Shown here: piece by piece, positions 1 through 10,590 of the stretch
Numbering within the stretch: the stretch's first letter is position 1
How the letters are laid out: every line of letters starts with the position of its first letter
From: Chiloscyllium plagiosum
Taxonomy: Eukaryota
Assembly: GCF_004010195.1 (NCBI RefSeq)
Contig: NC_057719.1
Span: forward strand, 73,004,403-73,024,402
Direction: 5' to 3'
Length of the DNA: 20,000 nt
Program-made: the position numbers and the translations under genes
Notes under the pieces: generated by a model
Seen by the model: the letters and a program-made list of their open reading frames with translations, nothing else
Told to the model about the DNA's origin: nothing
Databases searched by the model: none

Positions 1-190
1 CTGTTCAAATCTGCCATAAATCACTCTCCATCTTAAGAAAAAAACCTCAACCCTCTTTATCCTGACTAACTTCCACCACTTTATTTTCCTCTCCAAAAGT
101 TCTCCAGACATATTGTTGATTTCCAAATTAGCAATTGTTTTCACATTTCCACAAACCTTGACATCATTCTCCCTTTTTTTGAAACAGTTG
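1..190 (+). mobile_element. Highly decayed L2-clade LINE RT-region remnant
   Basis: Frameshifted reading resembles FKSAI.T..LKK..L.P..L.N...FLSKVL..IV..Q, the conserved pre-RT segment of L2/CR1-group LINEs. No intact ORF. Confidence 0.45.
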
Positions 191-718
191 GTCAGTTTGA
201 CCAATAATTTACTGACTTATTCCAAGATTCACTGTGGCTCCTTGGCAATTTTACCATTGTTCCTTTCAAAGATAGATAGGTTAAAGATAGTGCAGGATAG
301 GCATGTCCCGTTGAAGGCAAAGGATAGGAAGGGCAAGATTCGTGAACCGTGGATGACAGGAGAAATTGTACGACTAGCAAAGTGGAAAAGGGAAGCATAC
401 GTAAGATCTAGGCAAGTAAGAACACAACAGGCCCCTGGAAGAATATCGGAAGAGTAGGTCAAGTCTTAAACGAGGAATCAAGCGGGCTAAAAGGGGTCAT
501 GAAATAGCTTTAGCAAGCAGAATTAAGGAGAATCCCACAGCATTTTATTCTTATATAAGAAGCAAGCGGGTAACTAGAGAAAGGATTGGTCCTCTAAAGG
601 ATAACGAAGGAAGGCTGTGTATCGAACCTGAGAGAATAGGTGAGATTCTGAATGATTACTTTGCAGCAGTGTTCACTGAGGAGAGGAACATGATGAATGT
701 TGAGATTAGGGATAGAAG

Positions 719-1216
719 GAGAAAGTGAAAACTGCAGATGCTGGAGATCAGAGCTGAAAAATGTGTTGCTGGAAAAGCGCAGAGTTCAGGCAGCATCCAA
801 GGAGCAGGAGATTGGAAGTTTCGGGCATAAGCCCTTCTTCAGGAATGAGGAAGGTGTGCCAAGCAGGCTAAGATAAAAGGTAGGGAGGAGGGACTTGGGG
901 AAGGGGCGTTGGGAATGCGATAGGTGGAAGGAGGTTAAGGTAAGGGTGATAGGCCCGAGAAGGATTGGGGATGTAGAGGTCGGGAAGAATACTGGGTTAT
1001 TCAGTATTGGAATTGGTCCTCCTGGGAGCAGATGCGACGGAGGCGAAGGAATTGGTATTATGGGATGGCGTTTTTACAGGAGGCAGGGTGGGAGGAGGTG
1101 TAATCTAGGTAGCTGTGGGAGTCGGTCGGTTTATAGTAAATGCCCGAAACGTCGAATCTCTTGCTCCTTGGATGCTGCCTGATCTGCTGTGCTTTTCCAG
1201 CAACACATTCTTCAGC
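719..1216 (-). mobile_element. Internally deleted Penelope-like element with 5' inverted arm, 34-nt tail and 14-bp TSD
   Basis: TSD ATTAGGGATAGAAG (705-718) / ATTAGGAATAGAAG (1217-1230). Inverted repeat 753-828 vs 1140-1216. The minus strand encodes the PLE RT C-terminal motif YYKPTDSHSYLDYTSSHPASCKNAIP*..FLRLRRICS joined directly to the 3' UTR/pLTR. Confidence 0.9.
811..847 (-). ncRNA. Minimal type I hammerhead ribozyme motif in PLE pLTR (mutated near cleavage site)
   Basis: Minus strand ATTC-CTGAAGA-A-GGGC-TTAT-GCCC-GAAAC-TTC-CAAT. The inverted partial copy at 1140-1158 keeps the unmutated 3' half GCCCGAAACGTCGAAT. Confidence 0.75.
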
Positions 1217-3054
1217 ATTAGGAATAGAAGTTTGATTAGTCTGGATCACGTTGACACAAGTAGGGAAGATGTGTTGGGGTAGGCTAGAGGTTATTAAGGT
1301 GGATAAATCCCCAGGGCCGGATGGGTTGCTGAGGGAGGCGAGAGAGGAAATAACTGGGGCCCTGACAGATATCTTTGTGGCATCCTTAAGTACAGGTGAG
1401 CTGCCAAAGGACTGCTCATGTTGCCCCCCCCATACAAGGGTTGTAGGGATATTCCAGGTAACTACAGACCAGTGAACCTGATGTTGGTGGTGGGAAAGTT
1501 GCTGGAGAAGGTACTGAGGGATAGGATCTATTTATATTAAGAAAAGAATGGGCTTATCAGTGATAGGCAACATGGTTTTGTGCGGGGGAGATCGTGCCTT
1601 ACCAACTTAGAGTTCTTTGAGGAAGTGACCAAGTTGATAGATGAAGGAAGGGCTGTTGATGTCATATACATGGACTTTGGTATGGCATTTGATAAGGTCC
1701 CCCATGGTAAACTAATGAAGAAAGTGAAGTCATATGGTGTGCAGGGTGTTCTAGCTAGGTGGACAAAGAACTGGTAGAGAAACAAAAGACAGTAGTAGTT
1801 GAAGGGAGCTTCTTGAAATGGAGAAAGGTGACCAGTGGTGTTTCACAGGGGTCAGTGTTGGGGCCACTGTTGTTTGTAATATACATAAATGATCTTGAAG
1901 AGGGCACTGTTGGTATGATCAGCAAGTTTGCAGATGACACGAAGTTTGGTGGATTAGCAGAAAGCATAAAGGACTATCAGAGAATACGGAAGGATATAGA
2001 TAGATTGGAGAGTTAGGCAGAAAAGTGGCAGATGGTTTTCAATCCAAACAAATGTGAGGTAATGCATTTAAGCAAGATTAATTCTAGAGCAAATTATACA
2101 ATGAACAGAAGAGCCTTGGGAAAAGTTAATGGGCAGAGAGATCTGTGTGTGCAGGTCCATCGCACCCTGAAGGTTGCTGCACAGGTGGATAGAGTGGTCA
2201 AGGCGGCATATAGTATGCTTATATTCAATAGCCTGTCCAATGAAGACAAGAGCTGACAAGTCATGTTAACATTGTACAAGACATTGGTTTGGCCACATTT
2301 AGAATACTGTGTACAGTTCTGGTTGCCACATTATCAAAAGGATGTGGATGCTTTGGAGAGGGTGCAGAGCGGGTTTACAAGGATGTTGCCTAGTACGGAG
2401 GGTGCTAGCTATGAAGAAAGGTTGAGTAGGTTAGGTTTATTTTCATTAGAAAAAAGGAGATTGAGGGGGGACCTGATTGAGGTTTATAAAATAATGAAGG
2501 GTATAGACAGGGTGGATAGAGACAAGCTTTTTCCCAGGATGAAGGATTGAATAACGAGAGGTCACACTTTCAAGGTGAGAGGTGGAAAGTTTAAGGGGGA
2601 TACATGCAGCAAGTACTTCACACAGAGGGTGGTGGGCATTTGGAAAGCGTTGCATGCAGAGGTGGTAGAGGCAGGCAGGCATGGTAGATTCTATTAAGAT
2701 GTGTCTGGATAAATGCATGAGTAGGTGGGGAGTAGAGGGATACAAATGCTTAGGAATTGATCGACAGGTTTAGACAGTACAGCTCAGGCTTGAGAGCTGA
2801 AGGGCCTGTTCCTGGGCTGTAAATTTTCTTTGTTCTTTAAATGCCTTGAAACTTTAAAAGAAGCTTGATAAATGCTCATTGTTGATGAAGTTGTTATACA
2901 TAGATCTTTTAAAATTTTGATTGACTCAGCATTGGAAGTAATAGAAACAGCATGAAATAGAAACTGTAGATATTTTCTAATCAACCTGCTCATATATATT
3001 ACTATACGTCTCTGAAGCAGGTGGGACATGACAATCCATATGCTATATACTTAC

Positions 3055-3124
3055 CCATTTTGGGAATAATGTCAACAGTAGCACTTTTAAAAAAGCAGAC
3101 GTAGATCAATGTCCCTCTTTGAAT
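3055..3124 (-). CDS. DTD2: DTD2 / ATD (D-aminoacyl-tRNA deacylase 2) coding exon 2, 70 nt
   Basis: IQRGTLIYVCFFKSATVDIIPKM+G matches recalled human DTD2 VQRGLVIYVCFFKGADKELLPKM+V. Acceptor ttccttgatttacag|ATT and donor ATGG|gtaagt; in frame with exon 1. Confidence 0.95.
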
Positions 3125-3447
3125 CTGTAAATCAAGGAAATCAGAGCAAAAATATACAATATATCTTCCATTAAATGAAGAGAAAAATGAAGGTTGAGTG
3201 AAAGGTTGCGTAAACCTCCGGGAGACAGAAGAGAGGAGAGACGGGAAAAAAAATGTTGGTGAGGGAATTAGGTGGGATGTGAAGGAATTCAAAGCTTTAA
3301 TTCATTTCACAGTCCCAGAGGCCCGACACTTCCTCAGGTTCCATGCCAAACTCCGAGCTCGTTGCCAGAAGAAACAGGGCGTCGGGCAAATCTGTGCACA
3401 GTGGCGTAACTAAACCGAAAGCAAGTCGCCTGTCTCTCACCGAGTAC

Positions 3448-3537
3448 CTGAACCCATTCAGCCGCCGCGCCTTCTTCCGCCTCCTTCACTTGCAGCTGGG
3501 CAGAGAGACATTGCTGCAGCAACACACGAGCAGCCAT
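3448..3537 (-). CDS. DTD2: DTD2 / ATD coding exon 1 (90 nt, start codon at 3537)
   Basis: MAARVLLQQCLSAQLQVKEAEEGAAAEWVQ matches recalled human ARALLQQCLHARLQIRPADGDVAAQWVE. Phase-0 donor CAG|gtactc; 323-nt intron (3447-3125) to exon 2. Confidence 0.95.
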
Positions 3538-3549
3538 CAAAGACAACAC

Positions 3550-3690
3550 TAGCGCCGATGCTTCCGCCGGAAACTCGGGACATTGTCAGGGTCCCCCGGA
3601 CCGTTAACGCGCAGGCGCTTGGCGGGACTACCTCCACGAGGCAGTTGGGGTATTCGTTCATATCTCTGACCGCGGGAACCACGGAGTATG
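3550..3690. promoter_or_regulatory. CpG-rich promoter of DTD2, no evident TATA box (ETS/GABPA-, NRF1-, E2F- and ZNF143-like motifs)
   Basis: The clearest CpG-dense stretch in the window (about 3320-3690). CTTCCG/CCGGAA pair at 3561-3572, CGCGCAGGCGCT at 3608-3619, TTGGCGGGA at 3619-3627, GACTACCTCC...TGGG at 3626-3649. Confidence 0.7.
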
Positions 3691-4253
3691 AAAGGTGTCC
3701 TTAAATGTCCTTCATTATGTCCGTATTGCAGTTTTATTCTGTCTCTTTACTTGCTTTGGTTCTCATTCTGGATTTGTTCAACCTCAGCTCATGAACAGGC
3801 AGTACAAATTCCGAAACAGAAGATTCAGAATACCACAATATCAGAATGCTACATTAAAACATTTACTGTGGGGTTCCCCTCAACCTCCGAACATCATAAG
3901 TTCCTTTTCATACATTTCCCCCTCAACCATTTGAAAACTTCAGTCGAAAATGAAATTGAATCACAAGGTTCCAGATTCTATTCAGAGCTAAGTTCGCTCA
4001 CTTCTGTAATTTGGCAATAAATGTGCTTATATTGGTCTCGGATCCTTCAGCTCGATAAGAAATAATCAGCTATGGTAACCAGGAAATGATGTTAAACTTG
4101 GACAAAACACTTGTTAGACCTCAACTGGAGTATTGTGTCGAGTTGAGTGAACCACATTACTGAAAAGATGTGAATGTGTTGGAGCAATTTACAAAAAAAA
4201 AGTTCCAGAAATGAGAAACTTCAGTTGCAAGGATAGATTGGTGAAGTTGGGAC

Positions 4254-4363
4254 AAAAAAAAACAAATTGCGCGAAAAGTTCAGCGGGGCTGGCAGCATCT
4301 GTGGAGAGAAATCAAAGCGAACATTTCAGGTCCAATGACCCTTCCTCAGAATAGTTTTGTTTT
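4254..4363 (-). mobile_element. Short PLE pLTR-derived insertion within CR1
   Basis: Minus strand: hammerhead motif followed by CTCTCCACAGATGCTGCC..GCTGAACTTTTC, similar to the other PLE 3' ends here. Flanked by a degenerate duplication gaagttgggac / aaatttgagac. Confidence 0.7.
4316..4353 (-). ncRNA. Degenerate minimal hammerhead ribozyme motif
   Basis: TATT-CTGAGGA-A-GGGTC-ATTG-GACCT-GAAA-TG-TT: core and helix II intact, helices I and III decayed. Confidence 0.6.
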
Positions 4364-4992
4364 GAAAAATTTGAGACTGTACTCCTTGGAGAGAAGAAGG
4401 CTGTAGGAAATATGGTCGAAGTTTCCAAAATCACGAGCCGACAGGACAAAGGAGATAGGGAGAAAGTACTCCTGCTCATTTAAAAGAGAAGGCGTTGATT
4501 TAAAGTGATATGCCAAAGAAGCAAGGGTCATGTGAGAAAACAAAACTTGTTCACGGAGAGTAGTTAAGGTTTTGGAATGCACTACCCGGAAATGTGATTG
4601 AGGCAGATTCAATTCAGGCATTGGAGAGAGCATTGGATGATTATTTGGATAGAAATGATGTACAAGAATATGCAGAAAAGAAAGGCATGAGATTGACACT
4701 ATAGGTAATAGAACTAGTGCAGGCACAATGGGGCCAATGGCCTTACCAAGGTAATGATTCTGTGAACCAGACATTGGAATTGAACACATTCTATGAAGAC
4801 AGGATTAATTTTAGCTACAATAACTTACACGAGATGAAAGCCTGCAAAATCTTAAGTTTTGGACAATATATTACTAAACCTGTGAAACTTTTGTATTGAT
4901 TTTAAAACAGCTCCTTTTGAATCTTGGGCACAGTTAACACAGATTTTATTCAAACACACTAGGTGAAAATCCACCAATGTCTCTCTTTGGAG

Positions 4993-5113
4993 CAAAGTTG
5001 AAAAACACCAGGTTATAGCCTTGTACTTCCAAATAAGCCTGTTGTACTATAACCTGGTGTTGCGTGATTTTTAACTTTGTCCACCCCAGTCCAACACCGG
5101 CACCTCAACATCA
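4993..5113 (+). mobile_element. Short PLE-type insertion of a different family: 5' inverted arm, 34-nt tail and TSD
   Basis: Inverted arms CAAAGTTGAAAAACACCAGGTTATAG (4993-5018) and CTATAACCTGGTGTTGCGTGATTTTTAACTTTG (5047-5079). Tail 5080-5113. Flanking TCTCTTTGGAGCA (4982-4994) / TCTCTTTGAAACA (5114-5126), 11/13 identical. Confidence 0.7.
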
Positions 5114-5346
5114 TCTCTTTGAAACAGTCTGCATGACAATTTAGGTATTTTACAGCTCATTTGTCATTGAATATTTTAGCAATTATATCAACTATACTCT
5201 TATCAATAAATAAAGCTATGCCAGTAGTGCAGATGTTACTTTCATGTACTCATTAACCCTATGAAGCATTGTGGTCAATGGTTCTACATTCCCTTTCAAT
5301 TTGCTTTCTTATTAACTTAAATCATTCTGAAGATTGTCACCTTTTA

Positions 5347-7365
5347 AGATAGAAAATAGGAGCAGGAGTAGGCCACTTGACCCTTCAAGCCTGCTGTGCC
5401 ATTCAAGATGATCATGGCTGACCATTCAACTAAGTACCCTGTTCCCATTTTCTCCCTGTACTGCTTGAACCCGTTGGCCCTAATAACTACATCTAACTCC
5501 TCCTTAGAAAAAAAAATCAACGTTTTGACCTCAATTGTTTTTGGAGACAGAATTCCACAGACACACCATTCTTTGGGTGAAGAAATCTCTTTTCATCTTA
5601 GTCCTAAATAGCCAAATTCATATCCCTGGGCTATGATTCCTGGTTCTGGACTCAAAACTCATTGGGAATTCCTTCCTGTGTATATCCTGTCCAGTCCTGT
5701 TAGACTTTCGTAGGTTTCTATGAGATTCCCCTCAGTCTTCTAAATTCCAGTCAATTTCATTGTAACCGTTCCACTTTTGCTTCCTCCATCAGGCCTGTCA
5801 TCAGTCCAGGAACAGCTTGGTAACCCTTTGAACTTTATCCCTTGCCAGAACGTCTTTCCTCAGATGGGGAAAATTGCACTCAGTACTCCAGAGGTAGTTT
5901 CATCAAGGCCTTGTAAAAATGCAGCAAGACATCCCCACTCCTGTATTCGAATCTTCTTGTTATGAAGGCTAACATACCATTTGCCTTCTTCACTGACTGC
6001 TGCATCAGCATGCTTACTTTCAATAAACAGTGTACAAGGACCCCCATGTCTTGTTGCTCCTCTTCTTTCCCAATCTAATACTGTTCAGATCATAATGCGA
6101 CTTCTTGTATTTGCAACCAAAGTAGATAACTTCACATTTATTCACATTATACTTCATCTGCTCTGCATTTTCCCAAGTTGTCCAAGCTACACTGTACCCT
6201 TTCTGCATTTCCATCTCAGCTCACAATCCCATCCAGTTTTGTTTGTCTGCCAACTTGGAGATATGACATTTCATTTCCTCATATCAATCATTACTATATC
6301 TCATGAGTAGCTGAGGTCCAAGCACTGATCAATGCGGTAACCCACTGGACACAGAAAAAGACCTATTTATTCCTTCTTATTGTTTCCTATCTGCCAAACA
6401 GTTCTCCATCCATGTCAGTAAACTACTCCAATCCCATTGTTACATGCTAAGCTCTTCTATGGAACTTTATCAAAAGCTTTCTGCAAGTCCAAGTAATTCA
6501 CATCCACTGGCTCTTCCTCATCAACTGTACTAGTTACATCTGATAATGTTCTCGAGAATTTTCCCAACTACCGATGTCAGGCTAACTGGTCTACACTTGC
6601 CTATTTTCTCTCTGTTACCTGTTTTAAAATCTTGTGGTTATGTTAGCTGCTGTCCAATCATAGGAACTTTTCCAAAGTCAATGAAATCTTATAAAATAAC
6701 CACTAATTCATCCATTGTTTCCAGAGCCACTTCATTATGTAGTCTGGAATATAGATTATCTGGCCCTGGGGATGTACTGACCTTTAATCCCATCAGTTTC
6801 CCCAACACTATTTCCCTATTCAGTGATTTCTTTCAGTTCCTCACTCTCACTTGTCCCTGTGTTCCCCAACATGTTTGGGACATTTGTCCTCCTATCTGAA
6901 GGCAGAACCCAAAATATTTATTTAATTGATCTGCTATCTCTTGATTTCCCAATAAACCTCTTTTGTTTCTGATTGTAAGGATCTGACATTTGTTTTCACT
7001 AATCTTTCTCTCTTCACATACCTTTTGGAGCTTTTGCAATCCATTTTATGTTCCCTGCAAGCTTACTTTTGCACTGTTTCCTCTTCCTAATCAATCCCTT
7101 TGACCTCCTTTGCTGAAATGTATACTTTTCCCAATCCTCAGGTCTGCTGTTCGTTTTGGACAATTTCTATGTCCCTTCCTTGGAGTTAATACTATTGTTG
7201 CAGTTCCTCTATTCACTCCTGAAACATTTGCCATTGCCTTTGCAACATCATCCCTTCAAGTAACATTCCCCAATTTATCACAGTTAGCTCATGCCTCATA
7301 ACATCATAGTTTCCTTTATTTAGATTCAGCTCACTGGTTCCAGAATCAATTACATAATTCTCCAT
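5347..7365 (-). mobile_element. Decayed CR1 LINE (ORF2 pieces with internal deletions and 3' UTR)
   Basis: Minus-strand MKYNVNKCEVIYFG, RPVSLTSVVGKILE and GNQEIADQLNKYF. CR1 3' UTR ends near 5347. Confidence 0.9.
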
Positions 7366-7877
7366 TTTAACTTTGGGAGCAGAGCATGGAAGATAAAGTA
7401 TTTAATAAGCAAAATGTTTTTTACTACTGTGATATCATGTATTATCATTGCTTTATATTTCAGGTGAATATCAAAGGAGGCTTTTGGTCACATATTTGTG
7501 ATTAGGCATTCTAATATCATTATATAATTCAGAAAATTCTGAAACCCAGAAAAAACTAGGTCTAAATATTCCAGAGTGAAGGAAGTACTGTCTACTGTCA
7601 ATCAAGAATTGACCAAGGTGTAATATTTTTCTTTAAACTTGATACCTTGAACAAAAACACACTTCTATATTTTAATTTCCTTTAAATGTTTCTACTGATA
7701 TTTAAATAAGAAAATAAAATAACTTCAAATGCACAGAATGAACAGTGATCATCCAAATCATACCCATCAGTGAAAAGCTCAAATATATCTGACTGGTTAC
7801 TAACTTAAGTTAGTGTTGTGATATGATAACATGTGCCTTTTATTGGCGACATCTTAAACTATTATCAATTATTATCT

Positions 7878-10371
7878 AGAGTAAGTGAGTCATACAACAC
7901 GAAACAGACCCTTCGGTTCAACCAGTCCATGCCAGCCATAATCCCAAACTAAACTAGTCCCACCTGTTTGCGCTTTGGCCCATATCCCTCCAAACATTTG
8001 CTTTTCATGTCCTTACCCAAATAACTTTTAAACATTGTAACTACCCACATTGACCACTTCTGGAAATTCATTCCACATACGAACCACTTTGTGTAAAACA
8101 AATTACACCTTGTGTGTTTAAATCTTTCTCCTCGCCCTTAAAAATATATCCCCCTAAATTTCAAAATCTCCCACCCTAGGGAAAAGACACCTTCCATTTA
8201 CCTTCTCTATACTCCTCATGATTTTGTTAACATCTATAAAGGTCACCCTCGACCTCGTGTGTTTCGGTGAAAAATGTCATAGCCTATCCAGCTTCTCCTA
8301 ATAAGTCGAACACTCCATTCCCAGCAACATCCTGGTGAATCTCTTTTGAATCCTCTCCAGCTTAATACTATCCTTCCCATAGCCGAGCGACCAGAATTGG
8401 ACACAATACGCCAGTAAAAACCTCACTGATGTCTTGCCCTCCCTTTGTTTTACCAAAATGCAATACCTCATATTTATTCAAATTAAACTCCATCTACTGC
8501 TCCTCAGCTCAATGACACAATTGATCAAGATCTCTTTATAATCTTAAATGGCCTTCTTCCCTGTCCACTGTACCATCAATTTTGGTGTCATCCACAAGCT
8601 TAATAACCATGCCTTGTATATTCTCATCTAAATCGTTTTTTATAAATGATAAAAGTGTAACAGATCCCTAGTCCAAAAAACAACTCTCCACCGTCACTCT
8701 TTGTCTCCTGCCTTTAAGCCAATTTTGTATCCAATTAGCAAGCTCACCCTGAATCCCACATGATTTAACTTTACTAATTAATCTACCTTGCAAAATCTTG
8801 TCAAAGGCTTCACTAAAGTCAGAATTAAAAATTGGCTCATGCTCTTCCCTCAATCTTCTTCATTACTTCCTCAAAAAACAGTCAAGTTTGTGAGACATGA
8901 TTTCCCTTGCACAAAACCACGTTGATTATCCCTAATCAATCATTGCCTCTCCAAATGCTTATAAAACCTAGCTTTCAGAATCACCTTCAACAACATACCC
9001 ACCACTGAAGTCAGACTCAAAGGTCCATAGTTCCCAGGCTGTTCCTTACATCCTTTCTTTAACAATAGGCACAACATTAGCCTCTTTCCAGTCATCCGGC
9101 ACCTCACCCATAGCTATAGATGATGCAAATCTGTTTGCAATGGCTCCCACAATTTTCTAACTTCCCACAATATCCTGGAATGTACTAGATCGTGTCCTGG
9201 AAATTTATTCACTTTTATATTTTCCAAGATCTCCAGCACTTCCTCTTCTGTAGTGTGAACTGTTTTCAAAACATCATAATTTATTTCCCAGAGTTTTCTA
9301 GCCTCCATTTCTTTTTCCACAGTAAAAACTGATGGAAAATATTTATTTAATATCTCTTTTATCTCCAGAGAATCACCACAACGATGACTTCTTCGATATT
9401 TGAGGGACACTATTCTCTCTCTAGTTTTTCTCTTGCTCTTAATGTACTTGTAGAATCTCTATGTATTATCCTTAATTTTATTTGCCAAGACTATCTCATA
9501 TTCTCTATTTGCCTTCCTGATCTCCCTCATAAGAATGCCCCTCCACTCTATGTACTTTTCAAGAGATTCATTCAAACCCAGTTGTCTATATCTAACATAT
9601 GAATCTTTTCTTAACTAGAACCTCAATATCTTTATTCATCCCTTGTCTTCTACTCTTCCCACCTTACCTTTCACTGTGACAGGAACATAATGACTCTGAA
9701 CTCTTGATATTGCACTTTGAAAGTACTTCCACTCATCAGACACTCCTTCAGTTGCAAACAGTATACTCCAAGAGACTTTTGAAAACTCTTCACTTATACC
9801 TTAAAAATTTGCCTTACTCCAATTAAATCACCTCAATTATTATAGAATGCTTCTCATTTTACATAACTATTTTAAAACAAATAGAATGATTACTACCACC
9901 CAAAGTGTTCCCCTACTATCAGTTCAGTCACTTGCTCTGTCTTATTATCGGAGAAACAGTCAAGCTTTGCTCCTCTAGTAGGAACATTTACATATTGATC
10001 AAGAAAATTTTCTTGAACGCATTTAATAAATTCTTCACCATCCAATCCTTTAACACTATGGAAATCCCAGTCAATGTTTGAAAAACTAAAATCACCTACT
10101 ATTACAATCTTATTAAATCTTACATATTATCTGAGATCTCTCTACATATTTGTTCCTCAATTTTCCTCTGACTATGGGTGGGGTTAGGAGGGGTATATAA
10201 TACAATCCCATCAAGGTGATCATTCCTTTCTTATTTCTAATTTCAACTCATTCTCACTGGACAATTTCTTAGAAATATCTTCTCTAATTACAGCAATGTT
10301 TTCCTTAATCAAAAACACCATTCCCCCTCCTCTTTTGCCTCCCTTTGTAAACTTCCTACAGCATCTGAAAC
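7878..10371 (-). mobile_element. Decayed CR1 LINE spanning APE endonuclease region to 3' UTR
   Basis: Minus-strand GMITLMGLYY.PP-like motif (about 10190-10226), EILNKYFPSVFT, DFSEAFDKILQGRLISKVKSCGIQGELANWIQNWL, KLVDDTKI. 3' UTR near 7880-8000. Confidence 0.9.
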
Positions 10372-10405
10372 ATCTACTTCAGAATTCTTTTGTATTAATC
10401 CTGTA

Positions 10406-10590
10406 CGCTGAAACTTTATTGCTGGAACAGCACAGCAGGTCAGGCAGCATCTAGGGAACAGAAGATTCGACGTTTCGGGCACATGCCCTTCTTCTGTTCC
10501 CTAGATGCTGCCTGACCTGCTGTGCTGTTCCAGCAATAAAGTTTCAGCTTTGATCTCCAGCGTCTGCAGACCTCACTTTCTCCTCGAAGA
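10406..10590 (+). mobile_element. Young hairpin-shaped PLE pLTR insertion with perfect 13-bp TSD
   Basis: TSD TATTAATCCTGTA (10393-10405 and 10591-10603). Perfect 59-bp inverted arms 10407-10465 and 10490-10548 around a 24-nt loop. Related to the 719-1216 element. Confidence 0.9.

Larger units (their letters stand above)
272..2836 (+). mobile_element. 5'-truncated CR1 LINE (ORF2 linker, RT and 3' UTR), inactivated; interrupted by a PLE insertion at 719-1216; lies antisense in DTD2 intron 2
   Basis: ORF fragments IREPWMT, KSPGPDG, GRSCLTNLEFFEEVTKLIDEGRAVDVIYMDF..AFDKVPH, GVSQGSVLGPLLFVIYINDL, SKFADDTK, HLEYCVQFW, RRLRGDLIEVYKIM. Multiple stops and frameshifts; ends in a TTCTTTGTTCTTT microsatellite-like tail. 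Confidence 0.95.
4060..4766 (+). mobile_element. Old CR1 LINE 3' fragment
   Basis: Degenerate ..KTLVRPQLEYCV.. and FSLE.RRL.G.MVEV.KI, followed by a CR1-type 3' UTR. Interrupted at about 4254-4363. Confidence 0.85.

Noticed and set aside
3688..4020. 110-aa plus-strand ORF next to the promoter
   Set aside because: No recognisable homology or splice structure; consistent with a chance ORF.
7463..7617. Plus-strand exon-like segment (tttatatttcag|GTG...AAG|gtgtaa)
   Set aside because: Stops in all three frames and a weak donor; at most a non-coding exon, which cannot be supported from sequence alone.
10406..10590. MITE/DNA transposon or pre-miRNA interpretation of the hairpin
   Set aside because: The inverted repeat is not terminal (one-sided tail), the TSD is 13 bp, and the sequence matches the 3' end of RT/GIY-YIG-bearing PLE copies in this window.
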